A stretch of 64,000 bases of DNA, from the NCBI RefSeq assembly GCF_002067275.1, contig NZ_MVQX01000048.1, positions 29,748-93,747 of the forward strand. Reading direction: 5' to 3'. The translations under genes were made by a program, and so were the position numbers. Of this stretch, positions 9,346 to 19,880 are shown piece after piece (position 1 is the first letter of the stretch; each line of letters starts with the position of its first letter). The notes under the pieces are model-generated. The model was not told the origin of the DNA. It worked only from the letters and a program-made list of their open reading frames with translations, and made no database searches. This DNA is from Methanomethylovorans sp. PtaU1.Bin093. GTDB lineage: Archaea > Halobacteriota > Methanosarcinia > Methanosarcinales > Methanosarcinaceae.

Positions 9346-9852
9346 ATGGCAGTTGTACAATTACTCACAAACCTTTTTGACGGTTTTCCTCATTGGCTTG
9401 CCACTATTCTGATCAGCTGTGTACCTGTGGCGGAACTTAGGGGTGCGATACCAATTGCATTGCTTCAATATCAAATGCATCCGACAGAAGCCTATCTTCT
9501 TGCGGTCATAGGTAATATGATACCGGTGATACCTCTTCTGCTATATCTGGAGCCGGTGTCCGATTATTTGCGCAGGTTCAGGTTCTGGGACAAATTCTTC
9601 GATTGGCTTTTTACCCGTACTCGCCATAACCATTCTGCAACCTTTGAAAAATACGGCACTTTGGGATTAGCTATCTTTGTAGCCATTCCCCTGCCCGCAA
9701 CTGGTGCATGGTCAGGGTGCGCAGCAGCCTTTGTTTTCGGTATAGGCTTCAGACATGCGCTTATGGCTATAACTGCAGGTGTCCTTATTGCAGGCGTGGT
9801 GGTAACAATAGTTACCTTGGGCGGCATAAGCTTGTCTAATCTATTGATCTAA
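9346..9852 (+). CDS. COG2426 small multi-drug export family membrane protein
   Basis: PVAELRGAIP and FVAIPLPATGAWSG motifs. Confidence 0.85.
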   Translation: MAVVQLLTNLFDGFPHWLATILISCVPVAELRGAIPIALLQYQMHPTEAYLLAVIGNMIPVIPLLLYLEPVSDYLRRFRFWDKFFDWLFTRTRHNHSATFEKYGTLGLAIFVAIPLPATGAWSGCAAAFVFGIGFRHALMAITAGVLIAGVVVTIVTLGGISLSNLLI

Positions 9853-9870
9853 AAAATAATTTGAACTGTA

Positions 9871-10095
9871 TCATTTGAACATTTTCTTGGACAGCATATC
9901 TTTTGCCAAGGCTATGTCTTCAGATTTTACAGTTTTTCTTCCGGCATGTTCAGCTAGCTTGATCGCTTCTCTTGAAATGTCCAATCCGTAATCTTCGAGT
10001 ATCTCGGACAGTGCCATTGCTGCGGATTCACTAACTCTTTGAGACCCAGCGCTTCTTATAAGCCTTTCTATCGGTGCAAGCGGTATTATTGTCAA
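9871..10095 (-). CDS. Archaeal histone (HMf-like)
   Basis: IPLAPIERLIR..G..RVS and AEHAGRKTVK..DI histone-fold signature; TTG start after AGGAGG. Confidence 0.95.
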   Translation of the reverse strand: MTIIPLAPIERLIRSAGSQRVSESAAMALSEILEDYGLDISREAIKLAEHAGRKTVKSEDIALAKDMLSKKMFK

Positions 10096-10319
10096 TTTTT
10101 TCCTCCTGAAAAAGTCAATTTCTGATCAGATTCATATTAAGTACTTAATTACAAAAATAAATTATAAATAGTTATCTTCGATGATTTATACTGAATTTGT
10201 GTCTTTAAGTGCTGAACAACGGTATATTCAGACGGATATGCTATAAATAATGTATCATTATCACAGCAATACTTATCTTGTGTTATAATGGTCTAAAAAA
10301 GAAATAATTCTATCCAAAA

Positions 10320-10763
10320 TTACTCTGTTCTTAGCTTCTTCAGCTTTAGAGCAATATCCTTGCCAAGGCGCTGGCATTCCTTTATATCCTTTTCTTCCGG
10401 GACATACTGCACCCTAAGAACAGGGTCTACTACTTTCATACCAGCCTCTCTCATCTTTTCCGCGATCATCACAGGTGCTTCACCACTCCATCCATAAGAG
10501 CCAAAAGCGGAACCTACTTTTCCATCCACCCCTTCAGCTATCAGTGCATCAAGGAACTTTGCGATAGGTTCAAGCATCTTGTAATAGAAAGTTGAAGAAC
10601 CTATTGCTATGCCGTCATAGCTGGCAGCGTCTTTAGGGTCCCACTCGTAGAAGTTATCTACCCTTACTTCTATATGTTTCTGTCTGGCACCTTCAGCTAT
10701 GGCTTCTGCCATCATCCGGGTACTTCCCTGGGTACTTAGATAAACGATTGCAAGTTTTACCAT
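10320..10763 (-). CDS. Flavodoxin (FprA-type flavodoxin domain)
   Basis: YLSTQGSTRMMAEAI, GSST and AFGSYGWSGEA motifs. Confidence 0.9.
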   Translation of the reverse strand: MVKLAIVYLSTQGSTRMMAEAIAEGARQKHIEVRVDNFYEWDPKDAASYDGIAIGSSTFYYKMLEPIAKFLDALIAEGVDGKVGSAFGSYGWSGEAPVMIAEKMREAGMKVVDPVLRVQYVPEEKDIKECQRLGKDIALKLKKLRTE

Positions 10764-10940
10764 TTTAACGGTCCCCCGTTTTCTCATAAAGGACTTTCAT
10801 GGAAAATACACTTAAATAAAGTCCCCTTTACAAATGGATATTATTCTCTGATAAACTTTTCCAGAAAAGTATATTCTGGATATGTTTATTGCTTATCAGG
10901 AATATCATGCATCTAAAGTTCCGGTGCAAGGAGATCATGG

Positions 10941-12242
10941 ATGAATGACAAATATGCGCCTCATATTGAAGAGCTGGCAAAGGCGCTTGATGGCATAGAC
11001 CACGATGATATAAAAATCGAGCTCGATAAACTTATCAGGTTCCGTGTACCTCTTGAAGAAGCCAAAAGAACAGTTTTAAATAAATTCAGCTCAAAAGAGG
11101 CTCCAGAGATAAAAATCAAGGATATTTCAAATGCACCAAAGAGTTTCACTCTGAAAGGCAGGATCACATCCGTCGAGAAAAGAAATTTTGTCCTTAAGGG
11201 CGAAACAGTGGATCTATATTCGGGCAAGATCTTAGATGAAACAGGGGTTTGCTTGTTCACTGCCTGGAATGATTTCTGTTTGAATGAAGGGGACATTATC
11301 CGGGTGCATCATGCCTACATGAAGCTATGGAACAATCGCCCTGAGCTTAATTTTGGACAACGCTCTATTGTGGAAAAGCTCCCTGAAGATCCATCCATAC
11401 CCAGAACTGAACAGCTTTTCACTCAAACAAAAAAGATCATCGAAATCAACTCTTCAGACCTGCTGGTAAGTTCGCAGGGCATAGTCACTGAAATGTATCA
11501 CAGGGATGTCACTGTCAAAGGCAAAGATACTACTATAATAGAGGGTGTCATTGCAGATGAGACCGGTAAACTTCCTTTTACCTCGTGGGTTCCCATGGAT
11601 GGAGTAGATATCGGTAATGCTATTAGTTTCAAGGCTGCTCACGTAAGGATTTTCAGAGGTATCCCCTCTTTAAATTTCACACATGAGACATCATGGGAAC
11701 TGCTTCCTGATAACAAATGTCCTTTTTCCAAAAATAAGATCATGACCCATGAACCGACCTCTATCCCTATTGCTTCTGTTCTTGAAAAGAATGGCCTTTT
11801 TGATGCAGTGGTCACAGGAAATATCATTTCCGTGCGTCCGGGTTCAGGGCTGATCGAAAGATGTCCTGTTTGTAATCGCGTTGTACAGAACAATGTTTGC
11901 AGGGCACATGGTACTGTGGAGGGAGTCAAGGATATGCGGATAAAGGCGATACTTGACGATGGTACGGGAGCTGTCTATATCATGCTGAACAGGGAACTCT
12001 CAGAGACTATTTATGGAAGATCTATGGACGAAGCTGAGAACATTATAAAGTTATCCCTGTCAAAAGATGCTGTGTATGAGAGTATGAAGAGATCTTTGAT
12101 AGGTACTTATCTCACTGTAAGAGGCAATTCCTCAAAGAGCGAGTTCGGTACGACCATTGTTGCGAGGTCTGTCTGGGTTCCGGAAGATGATCTTCTTTCC
12201 CGCCTTGAGAGCCTATTGTTAAAATTACCAGAGGATGTTTGA
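10941..12242 (+). CDS. Replication protein A-like ssDNA-binding protein (OB folds + Zn finger)
   Basis: OB-fold motifs DETG..FTAW, DETGKLPFTSW and DDGTG; Zn finger CPVCNR..C..H. Confidence 0.88.
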   Translation: MNDKYAPHIEELAKALDGIDHDDIKIELDKLIRFRVPLEEAKRTVLNKFSSKEAPEIKIKDISNAPKSFTLKGRITSVEKRNFVLKGETVDLYSGKILDETGVCLFTAWNDFCLNEGDIIRVHHAYMKLWNNRPELNFGQRSIVEKLPEDPSIPRTEQLFTQTKKIIEINSSDLLVSSQGIVTEMYHRDVTVKGKDTTIIEGVIADETGKLPFTSWVPMDGVDIGNAISFKAAHVRIFRGIPSLNFTHETSWELLPDNKCPFSKNKIMTHEPTSIPIASVLEKNGLFDAVVTGNIISVRPGSGLIERCPVCNRVVQNNVCRAHGTVEGVKDMRIKAILDDGTGAVYIMLNRELSETIYGRSMDEAENIIKLSLSKDAVYESMKRSLIGTYLTVRGNSSKSEFGTTIVARSVWVPEDDLLSRLESLLLKLPEDV

Positions 12243-12246
12243 TATA

Positions 12247-13122
12247 ATGGCCGAGAGAGAGATTGCTCAGAGATTGTTTGCAAAAGAGTTCAATGATTCT
12301 ACCCTGAGCCTTACAAGCGTTCTCAGTTATGATGTCACTGATATGAACTCTCCTAACCTGCTGATCTCTCCTACAGGTGTGCGTATCAACCGGATCTTCG
12401 TGGTGGGAGTTATCACAGAAGTTGAGAACCTGGGATCAGAAACCGGAAAAGAGAGAGATCTCTGGAAGGCTCGTATATCCGATCCAACTGGAGTGTTTAT
12501 TGTATATGCCGGTCAATACCAACCAGAGGCTGCTATATTTCTGTCGACCGTGGCTGTGCCGTCCTATGTTGCTGTGGTAGGCAAAGCGAGGATATATGAA
12601 CCTGAAAAAGATTCAGTGTTCATCTCCATAAGGCCAGAAGAGATCAACAGTGTAGAAAGTACGATACGGGACAGATGGGTGTTAGATACAGCAGAACTGA
12701 CACTAAATAGGCTTGATCTGCTATCTGAGGTTTTTTTTGATAAGATGCATGGAGAAGATCTGGCAGGATCCCTGAGATCAAGGGGAATAGACCCCGAATC
12801 AGCTGAAGCTATCCAGGATGCTATCGCATTCTATGGTACAGATCAGAACTATATTTCCAAGTTTAAACAAAGTGTGCGTAAAGCCCTGCTTTCAATTAAA
12901 GAAAATGCAGGCACAGAAATGCAACAGAAGGATAATGCCGAAAATGTGATCTTTGAACTCCTCAAAGAACTTGGCAGTGCTAAAGGCGTACAGTATAGTT
13001 GCTTACTGAAAGAAGCAGAGTCAAAAGGGATCCCTGAAGAGGTAGCGGATGCAGTTATCCGGTCTCTCCTTTCTAAAGGAGATTGCTATGAACCCAGGCT
13101 GGGAGTTCTTAAGCTAGTCTGA
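12247..13122 (+). CDS. RPA-associated protein (RPA32-like OB fold + C-terminal winged helix)
   Basis: REIAQRLFA.EF, SPTG..NRIFVVG and DPTG.F..YAGQYQPEAA motifs; C-terminal LL.KG.CYEP. Confidence 0.85.
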   Translation: MAEREIAQRLFAKEFNDSTLSLTSVLSYDVTDMNSPNLLISPTGVRINRIFVVGVITEVENLGSETGKERDLWKARISDPTGVFIVYAGQYQPEAAIFLSTVAVPSYVAVVGKARIYEPEKDSVFISIRPEEINSVESTIRDRWVLDTAELTLNRLDLLSEVFFDKMHGEDLAGSLRSRGIDPESAEAIQDAIAFYGTDQNYISKFKQSVRKALLSIKENAGTEMQQKDNAENVIFELLKELGSAKGVQYSCLLKEAESKGIPEEVADAVIRSLLSKGDCYEPRLGVLKLV

Positions 13123-13132
13123 TGCATTATCC

Positions 13133-13453
13133 TTACTCAAACTCGATGCTCACGCTACCCGAATTCTTTGCAAGCGTTTTGGAAATGGTACCGATATCCA
13201 TCCTGCATACGTGCATTATGCCGCATGGTACAAGACACGTGGAGCACCATTTTGCTTCCTTTACCTTCTGGAATACCTGGTTGTCATTATAGGACGGGTC
13301 ATAAAGTTCTTTAACAGGAATCTCCATATGTGAAAGCACTGCAACTTTCTTGCAAGGAGTTTCGATATCAATGACCATGTTCTTGCCTTCGACTTTGCCG
13401 CTGATCCTATGGGTAAATCCACATATCCTAGAGTTCACTTTAACATCGGTCAT
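13133..13453 (-). CDS. Small Cys-rich protein (DUF6951-like)
   Basis: ICGF.H, ETPC and CSTCLVPC motifs; paralog remnant at 28826-29141. Confidence 0.75.
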   Translation of the reverse strand: MTDVKVNSRICGFTHRISGKVEGKNMVIDIETPCKKVAVLSHMEIPVKELYDPSYNDNQVFQKVKEAKWCSTCLVPCGIMHVCRMDIGTISKTLAKNSGSVSIEFE

Positions 13454-13608
13454 AATTGCACCTGCTAATAATCTCTAATTTTGTATTATATACTTATTGT
13501 CTTCTTTTCTATATAATTGTCAGTGTGTGGTAGCCCGGTATACTTAAATAATGACAAATCGACATAACAATCATCTTAAGTACTATAGTTCTAAATGGAG
13601 GCACTATT

Positions 13609-14199
13609 ATGCAACGTGAAGAAATAATTAACAAGGTTCGACAGCGCCTCAAGGAAATAAAAGGTGTAGGAGAAACCTATGTCCTTCTTGAAGAGGACAG
13701 GGAGATCATTAAGGAACTTGAGAAAAAAGCAGATGATATGACTCTTATGGGTCTTGGCCGGGGTGATAATCGGGGTATCAAAGAAGTGCTCAAGAAAGAT
13801 GTGGTCATTCCATTCACCACCAGTATGGAATATGTATGGCCGTGTTGCCCTAATGTCGTGCTCATGCACCATGATCGTGTGGTTGGAGAGGATCTGGATG
13901 ATGAATGCAAGCTCAATGAGCTAAAAAGCTGCAAGGATAACCTTGTCATTGGCAACATTGTGATCTATGATAAGGATCTGCTCAGGTCCATCGACCCCAA
14001 GAACGATCCTCTTATTGTGGTCTTGCCACCTAAGCCATGTGCTGAGGTAGAGGAATTGCCTCATATCTGTAATGTTGCTCTTGCTTCCCCCTCTCCTCCA
14101 ACGGATGAATACCTCAAACAAAAAATGGGTCTCCCGCAAGCCCACGGCACGGGAACCTTTATCCTGGGTTTCGACTTTGAGTGTTCCGATGGGAACTAA
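13609..14199 (+). CDS. Conserved hypothetical protein
   Basis: 196-aa ORF with GGAGG SD and protein-like composition. Confidence 0.75.
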   Translation: MQREEIINKVRQRLKEIKGVGETYVLLEEDREIIKELEKKADDMTLMGLGRGDNRGIKEVLKKDVVIPFTTSMEYVWPCCPNVVLMHHDRVVGEDLDDECKLNELKSCKDNLVIGNIVIYDKDLLRSIDPKNDPLIVVLPPKPCAEVEELPHICNVALASPSPPTDEYLKQKMGLPQAHGTGTFILGFDFECSDGN

Positions 14200-14238
14200 A
14201 ATTTTTAGTTTATTCCTCGGATCTTTTTTTAAAACAGG

Positions 14239-14260
14239 AAGGCTGAAATTCAGCCTTTTT
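14239..14260. terminator. Hairpin between convergent genes
   Basis: Inverted repeat AAGGCTGAA-A-TTCAGCCTT flanked by A/T tracts. Confidence 0.6.
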
Positions 14261-15182
14261 ATTTTCCCATATATATCATGAGAGCTTCTTCCACAGTCGC
14301 ATCTTCCACTGTGATCGCATATATGGCATTACACATGCGAATCGCTTCATCCAGAGTTTTCTGGTGGATGTTGCGGCCAGTTGCATTACCCATTGCACCG
14401 CTTACATGTATCTGGTCGTGGAGCTTCTTCAGAAAATCTTTTGGATCATCGCTTGATCCACCTGCACATACCACTTTTGTCCGGCCGGCTGCAATTACAG
14501 CCTCTTTGAATATCTCTGCTGAAGCAAGTCCTTCTTTTTTCGGGTAGTTCACTTTCACGAAGTCAGCGTTCAGGCAGGCACCAACCCCAGTTGCGCCGGC
14601 AATAAGGTGAGGGTCCTTCTCGTCAGCTACTGCAGCACCTCTTGGGTATATCCAGAGTACCGTAAGCATTCCGTATTGGTGGGCATCGTACACGATCTGT
14701 GCCGCCTGTGCAAGCATATCTGCTTCATACTCGCTACCCAGGTATATAGTGTAACCTACGCCAAGTATCTTCAGTTTGCTGTTATCCCTGAAATCTGCTA
14801 TCTGGGGTACATCGTACCACTGGTTGCTAAAGGGATCCATTTGTTTAGTGGGAACAAGATGACTCTTAGAGTTGATCTTCACAAGGTATGGCACATCCGT
14901 ATAGTCCATCCCATATCTTGCAATAAGGCCTAACTGGGTAGCGAAAACACCAATTTTTCCCTGGTGTGCTATTCTGAACAGATGTTCCGGATCATTATCA
15001 TCTGCTGCAGCCTCTTCTCCATAAAAATCATCATTAAGATGCTCTACTTTCTGGTCACCTGCAAAGAGCATAAGTCTTCCCGTGCTCTTTGTGATCTCCA
15101 TATAGTTATCTATATACGTTTCACGGGCCTCTTTGGGCACATCCAGTGGCACTTTGATCTCGGAGCGTTTGATTGAAGTCAT
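14259..15182 (-). CDS. Class I fructose-bisphosphate aldolase (DhnA type)
   Basis: LFAGDQKVEH, WIYPRG, ADFVKVNYP (Schiff-base Lys), CAGG and GNATGRNIHQ motifs. Confidence 0.88.
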   Translation of the reverse strand: MTSIKRSEIKVPLDVPKEARETYIDNYMEITKSTGRLMLFAGDQKVEHLNDDFYGEEAAADDNDPEHLFRIAHQGKIGVFATQLGLIARYGMDYTDVPYLVKINSKSHLVPTKQMDPFSNQWYDVPQIADFRDNSKLKILGVGYTIYLGSEYEADMLAQAAQIVYDAHQYGMLTVLWIYPRGAAVADEKDPHLIAGATGVGACLNADFVKVNYPKKEGLASAEIFKEAVIAAGRTKVVCAGGSSDDPKDFLKKLHDQIHVSGAMGNATGRNIHQKTLDEAIRMCNAIYAITVEDATVEEALMIYMGK

Positions 15183-15588
15183 TTTCATCACCTAATTTAT
15201 AATTGTCACAAATACATTTATTTCATAATCCATATTTATTCATAACCATTGTGTACCTTTTTGGAACTACAAGCAATCTTCCCTTGCAATTGTACCCGCA
15301 TCTCATAATAGGTGGATACTATTTAGGATTTCATAGGTTAAAAACTCCCATGGCTATTAATCTTTATTCCAGATTTCACTGTCGTTTGCTTTAATAGGCT
15401 CTGCTTATTCAAGTGTTGAAGATACATGCTTCGAAACATTAAAATTAGATTGTCGCTTAGTGCTAATAAATGATGACAACGCCTCTATCCTATTTTATAG
15501 TGAACTGGTTAAATTTCTGTGTTGATATGAAGCTTAGAATATAAATGCTCAATTTATAATGCAAATATTGTGGGGGAAAAGGTTACCA

Positions 15589-17835
15589 ATGGATGCAATT
15601 GAAACAAAAGAGAGATTGGGACGTAGTCTGGGTTTTTTTTCAACATTTGCCATTGGTACTGGCACGATGATCGGGGCCGGGATATTCATCCTTCCAGGGA
15701 TCGCCTTCACAAATGCCGGTGCTGGAGCAATATTGTCTTTTTTGATCGGAGGTATTATCTCTATAGCTACAGCTGTCAGCATGGCCGAGCTGGCAACGGG
15801 TATGCCAAAAGCGGGAGGAAGTTACTATTATATCAGTAGGACAATGGGTGCAGCGTTCGGAGCTATAATAGGTCTTGGATCATGGTTTGCTTTGATATTC
15901 AAAGGCTCATTTGCACTTATCGGCTTGGCAGAGTATTTTCAGGTATTTTATCCATCATCTCTTTATTTAGTAGCGGCACTTTCGGGCTTTGTTCTTTTGA
16001 TAATCAATTATCGAGGCGCAAAGAGCAGTGGTTCACTGCAGAACATTAGCATAATTCTCTTACTGATAATCTTGGCAATATTCTTAACTAAAGTATTTTT
16101 GTTCGTCGAGCCTCTCAATTTCAACTCACAAACACCTGATTCCCCAACATCTTATGGACCAGTATCAATAATAACTACAACAGGAATTATTTTTATTTCG
16201 TATCTGGGACTTGCAGAGCTTGCAGCAATTTCAGAAGAGGTGAAAAATCCATCAAAGAACCTGCCAAGGGCATTCATTGCTTCTGCGGTGGTAGTTACTA
16301 TTTTCTATGTTCTCATAATGATGGCAGTTGTAGGTGTCTCAAGCATTTATGCAGGAGCAGCTACAATCACCCCTCTTGCTGATATAGCTAATCTGATATA
16401 CGGGGAAATTGGAAGCACCCTTATTGTCTTTGCGGCATTGCTTGCAACACTTTCAACAGCTAATGGAGCCATATTGTCTTCCTCTAGATTTCCATTTGCC
16501 ATGAGCAGAGATGCATTAATGCCAGAATGGTTTGTCCAGATACACAAAAAATATGATACACCATACAATTCTATACTGGTCACCGGGATCATAATGATCT
16601 TGCTGTTATTCTTGTTCGACATACAGCAATTGGCCAGGTTAGGTGGTGCATTTAACATCTTGATCTTTGTTTTGCTCAATCTGGCGGTCATCATCCTAAG
16701 AAAAAGAACTTTACCAGAGTATGAACCAACTTTTCGTGACCCTTTCTTCCCATTCACCCAAATAATAGGGATTGTTGGAAGCCTGATCCTGTTACCATTA
16801 ATTGGAGGTCTTCCTTTGCTTTTTGCTGTATCGTTGATCGTCTTAGGTGCATGGTGGCATTGGTTCTATGGAAGAGGCAAAGCCACTCCAAGATATAATT
16901 TATTCGACCTGCTGGAAAACAATGTAGGGTCCCCAGTCATAAAACCAGGATCTGGGGTAAAGGTACTGATTCCAATTTCCAATGTCAAACATGAACATGA
17001 CCTCCTGAGGCTGGCAGATTGTTTAGGTGATGAGATCGTAGGTCTTCATGTGATTAGGGTTCCGGACCAGACAGCTTTGATATTTGCTCAAGAAGCCTTT
17101 CAAGGGAAGAAGATCGAAATGGAGTCACATTTCAAAGAGGAATTTGAAAAATATCCAGTAATTCTTGGGCATAAGAGGAAATACATCACTGCTTTTGATC
17201 ACAGTGTATCCAATTCGATCATAGAACAGGCGGAATTGGAAAATGCTGATCTGGTGATCATGGGCTGGCACGAATCAAACAGATTCCAGTACTCTCTTGG
17301 AGATGTAACTAATGATGTTCTCTCTTTGTTAAAACGCCACATATTGTTATTAAAAGGCTATCTTTCTGACAAGTTAACAAAAATCTTGGTAGCATATAAT
17401 GGAAAGGATAATTCGGTATATGGTCTCCATCTGGCGAAAAAACTTGCTGCCAATACAGGGGCAAAAATAGAGATTATCACAATAGTAAGCCCTGATGAGG
17501 ATATTGAAAGGAAGAAGGAGATTGCTGAGAAACTTCATGCTTTATGCAAAAGTGAAGAGAACATATCGATCAGTTTTAAGATGTTGGAAAGGTATTCTGT
17601 CGAGGATGCAATATTGGAAGCTTCAAATGACAGTGACCTGACAGTTATTGGTGATTCAAGTCAAAGGTTTAAAGTATCTTTTCTTGGAACCTTGCCTCAG
17701 AGGGTAGCCAGACATTCAAAGAATCCTGTATTGGTAGTAAAGATGTCCAAACCAATATCTAAACAAAACATTACTTATGTAGCAAGGAAATATGTTCATA
17801 ATTTGTATATAAAAATTAATCGCACGTCTAAATAA
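15589..17835 (+). CDS. APC-family amino acid permease with two C-terminal universal stress protein domains
   Basis: GTMIGAGIFILPG, ELATGMPKAGGSY and EEVKNPSKNLP; about 12 TM; USP-like ADLVIMG and VARHSKNPVLVVK. Confidence 0.88.
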   Translation: MDAIETKERLGRSLGFFSTFAIGTGTMIGAGIFILPGIAFTNAGAGAILSFLIGGIISIATAVSMAELATGMPKAGGSYYYISRTMGAAFGAIIGLGSWFALIFKGSFALIGLAEYFQVFYPSSLYLVAALSGFVLLIINYRGAKSSGSLQNISIILLLIILAIFLTKVFLFVEPLNFNSQTPDSPTSYGPVSIITTTGIIFISYLGLAELAAISEEVKNPSKNLPRAFIASAVVVTIFYVLIMMAVVGVSSIYAGAATITPLADIANLIYGEIGSTLIVFAALLATLSTANGAILSSSRFPFAMSRDALMPEWFVQIHKKYDTPYNSILVTGIIMILLLFLFDIQQLARLGGAFNILIFVLLNLAVIILRKRTLPEYEPTFRDPFFPFTQIIGIVGSLILLPLIGGLPLLFAVSLIVLGAWWHWFYGRGKATPRYNLFDLLENNVGSPVIKPGSGVKVLIPISNVKHEHDLLRLADCLGDEIVGLHVIRVPDQTALIFAQEAFQGKKIEMESHFKEEFEKYPVILGHKRKYITAFDHSVSNSIIEQAELENADLVIMGWHESNRFQYSLGDVTNDVLSLLKRHILLLKGYLSDKLTKILVAYNGKDNSVYGLHLAKKLAANTGAKIEIITIVSPDEDIERKKEIAEKLHALCKSEENISISFKMLERYSVEDAILEASNDSDLTVIGDSSQRFKVSFLGTLPQRVARHSKNPVLVVKMSKPISKQNITYVARKYVHNLYIKINRTSK

Positions 17836-18016
17836 TTACTCAAATCATAAGGAAATTACATGTTGTATTAAAACAACATCTGTTTCAATAACTACGCTGG
17901 CAATGTTTTTTAAATTCAAAAATACTTTCACCATGGATACGGTCTATATTTATACTTGAACAGAATACTTACACTTGCCTCTCAATAAGAGACAAACCAG
18001 AGGCTTGAGGTAGAAT

Positions 18017-19264
18017 ATGAACGCGATTGTAACAGACATTAAGTCCAAGTTCCATGAGCTTGGGGTAGATATCCCGGCCGAAAAGATAGAGGAAAGACTA
18101 GAAAAACTGATCGTGAAATTCAAGGTTCCCCAGGAAGAAGCCAGGAGAAGCGTTGTCAACTTTTTCCTGAAGGAGCACAGTATTTCTAAGGACAAGTTCT
18201 ATGGCGGTCAGGGTGAAGTATCTTTTTCAAAAGTAGCTGACATCTCTGAGGATGGAAAATGGTTGAACTTAAAGGCTAAGGTTGTTCAGCTATGGGACAA
18301 TACTCATGGATCAATTTCCCAGGTTGGGCTTTTGGCAGATGAAACAGGAACTATAAAGTTCGTTTCGTGGATGGCTGCAGAGGTACCTGCAGTTGAAGAA
18401 GGAAAAACTTACATTTTTAGGAATGTTGTATCCAGTGAGTGGAACGGTAAAATGGAGGTAACTCTCAATAAGAGCAGTTCTGTTGCAGAGACACCTGATG
18501 ATATCCACGTCCAAAGTAAACCACAAGGGGTTTCCTCTCTTGTAAAGGTCGCTGACATTTCCGAGGATGGAAGATGGGTCGATGTGAAAGGCAAAATTGT
18601 TCAGCTGTGGGAAAACACTAATGAATCGATTTCCCAGGTAGGGCTTATTGGTGACGAAACTGCAAATATCAAGTTCATCAAATGGACGAGAGCAGAGATC
18701 CCGGTGGAAGTGATCGAAGGAAAGAACTATCTTTTCCGGAATGCTGTGACGAGTGAATGGAACGGAAAACTGGAGATCACTCTGAACAAAAGCAGTTCCA
18801 TTGAAGAAATATCCGATGAGATCGAAGTTACTACCAGAGAAGCTGTGCTTACCGCGGCAATGGTGGAGATTCAATCAGGTTCCGGCCTCATAAAACGTTG
18901 CCCCCAATGTAACCGTGCTTTAACAAAAGGTGCATGTGCAGAACACGGTAAAGTGGATGGAGTATATGACCTGCGTCTTAAAGCTGTGCTGGACACAGGA
19001 ACTATTGCTCAGGATATACTTCTTAAAAGAGAAGTTACTGAGGAGATATCAGGTATTACACTCGAAGGTGCCATAGCTATGGCTGCAGATGCACTTGATC
19101 AGGGTGTGGTCCTGGAAGCTATGAAACAAAAGCTTGTGGGCAAGTATTATACGGTTTCAGGGCCGAGAGTTGACAGGTACATACTCGTGGAGTCAATAAA
19201 AAAGGAATCCATTCTGGACCCTGAATTGCTTGCAGAGCTCATAAATGCAGCGGAGGTGTTCTAA
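18017..19264 (+). CDS. Replication protein A-like protein (tandem OB folds + Zn finger)
   Basis: Two closely similar OB repeats (ISQVGL..DET..IKF..W), then CPQCNR..C..H. Confidence 0.9.
   Translation: MNAIVTDIKSKFHELGVDIPAEKIEERLEKLIVKFKVPQEEARRSVVNFFLKEHSISKDKFYGGQGEVSFSKVADISEDGKWLNLKAKVVQLWDNTHGSISQVGLLADETGTIKFVSWMAAEVPAVEEGKTYIFRNVVSSEWNGKMEVTLNKSSSVAETPDDIHVQSKPQGVSSLVKVADISEDGRWVDVKGKIVQLWENTNESISQVGLIGDETANIKFIKWTRAEIPVEVIEGKNYLFRNAVTSEWNGKLEITLNKSSSIEEISDEIEVTTREAVLTAAMVEIQSGSGLIKRCPQCNRALTKGACAEHGKVDGVYDLRLKAVLDTGTIAQDILLKREVTEEISGITLEGAIAMAADALDQGVVLEAMKQKLVGKYYTVSGPRVDRYILVESIKKESILDPELLAELINAAEVF
18230..18800 (+). repeat. Intragenic tandem duplication of an OB-fold unit (~315 bp period)
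   Basis: ~18230-18480 and ~18545-18800 encode KVADISEDG..W..K.K.VQLW.NT..SISQVGL..DET..IKF..W...SEWNGK.E.TLNKSSS, with shared DNA words such as ATTTCCCAGGT and TGGAACGG. Confidence 0.85.
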
Positions 19265-19831
19265 ATGGCAGGCTATACCCGTGAAGTTGCCAGAAGGATA
19301 TTCGCTCAGGAATTCAGGGAATCCAATCTGACCTTCAAGGATGGGAACGACCAATATTCTCCCCAGTATCTATTCACTCCCACGGGCGCAAAAGTAAACA
19401 GGATGTTCATAGTGGGGACCCTTACGGAGAAAGAGGACATTGGCAGCGAATCCGAATACTGGCGGGGGAGGGTGTCCGACCCAACTGGTTCATTCTTCAT
19501 ATATGCAGGCCAATATCAGCCAGAAGCCGCTCAGGTGCTTTCAGAATGTGATACACCTGAGTTCGTAGCCATCGTGGGCAAGCCCAGTACGTATACTACT
19601 CCGGAAGGCGAGATCCGTACGTCCATAAGGCCTGAGTCAATGTACATAGTCGACGGTGAAACCAGGGATCTCTGGGTGCTTGACACAGCCAGGGCCACTC
19701 TGGAGCGTCTGAAAGTCCTTTCTACGTCCCATCCGGATGCCCTGAGAGCAAAAGAACATTACAGGACAGAAACAAAACACTATGCATCCATGGTGCTGAA
19801 GGCTCTCAGGTCCCTGCAGGAAGAATATTGA
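19265..19831 (+). CDS. RPA-associated protein (RPA32-like OB fold, no winged helix)
   Basis: REVARRIFAQEF, TPTGAKVNR and DPTGSFFIYAGQYQPEAA; paralog of 12247-13122. Confidence 0.87.
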   Translation: MAGYTREVARRIFAQEFRESNLTFKDGNDQYSPQYLFTPTGAKVNRMFIVGTLTEKEDIGSESEYWRGRVSDPTGSFFIYAGQYQPEAAQVLSECDTPEFVAIVGKPSTYTTPEGEIRTSIRPESMYIVDGETRDLWVLDTARATLERLKVLSTSHPDALRAKEHYRTETKHYASMVLKALRSLQEEY

Positions 19832-19833
19832 TG

Positions 19834-19880
19834 TTACAGGTTTAATAGCCTGTAATTTTTCTATTTATTTTCTTTTATTT
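19834..19880 (+). terminator. Hairpin plus T tract after the second RPA operon
   Basis: TTACAGG-N8-CCTGTAA followed by TTTTT and a T-rich run. Confidence 0.6.

Noticed and set aside
10791-10824. GGACTTT-N20-AAAGTCC inverted repeat upstream of the flavodoxin gene
   Set aside because: 7-bp arms and a single occurrence; too weak to call an operator.
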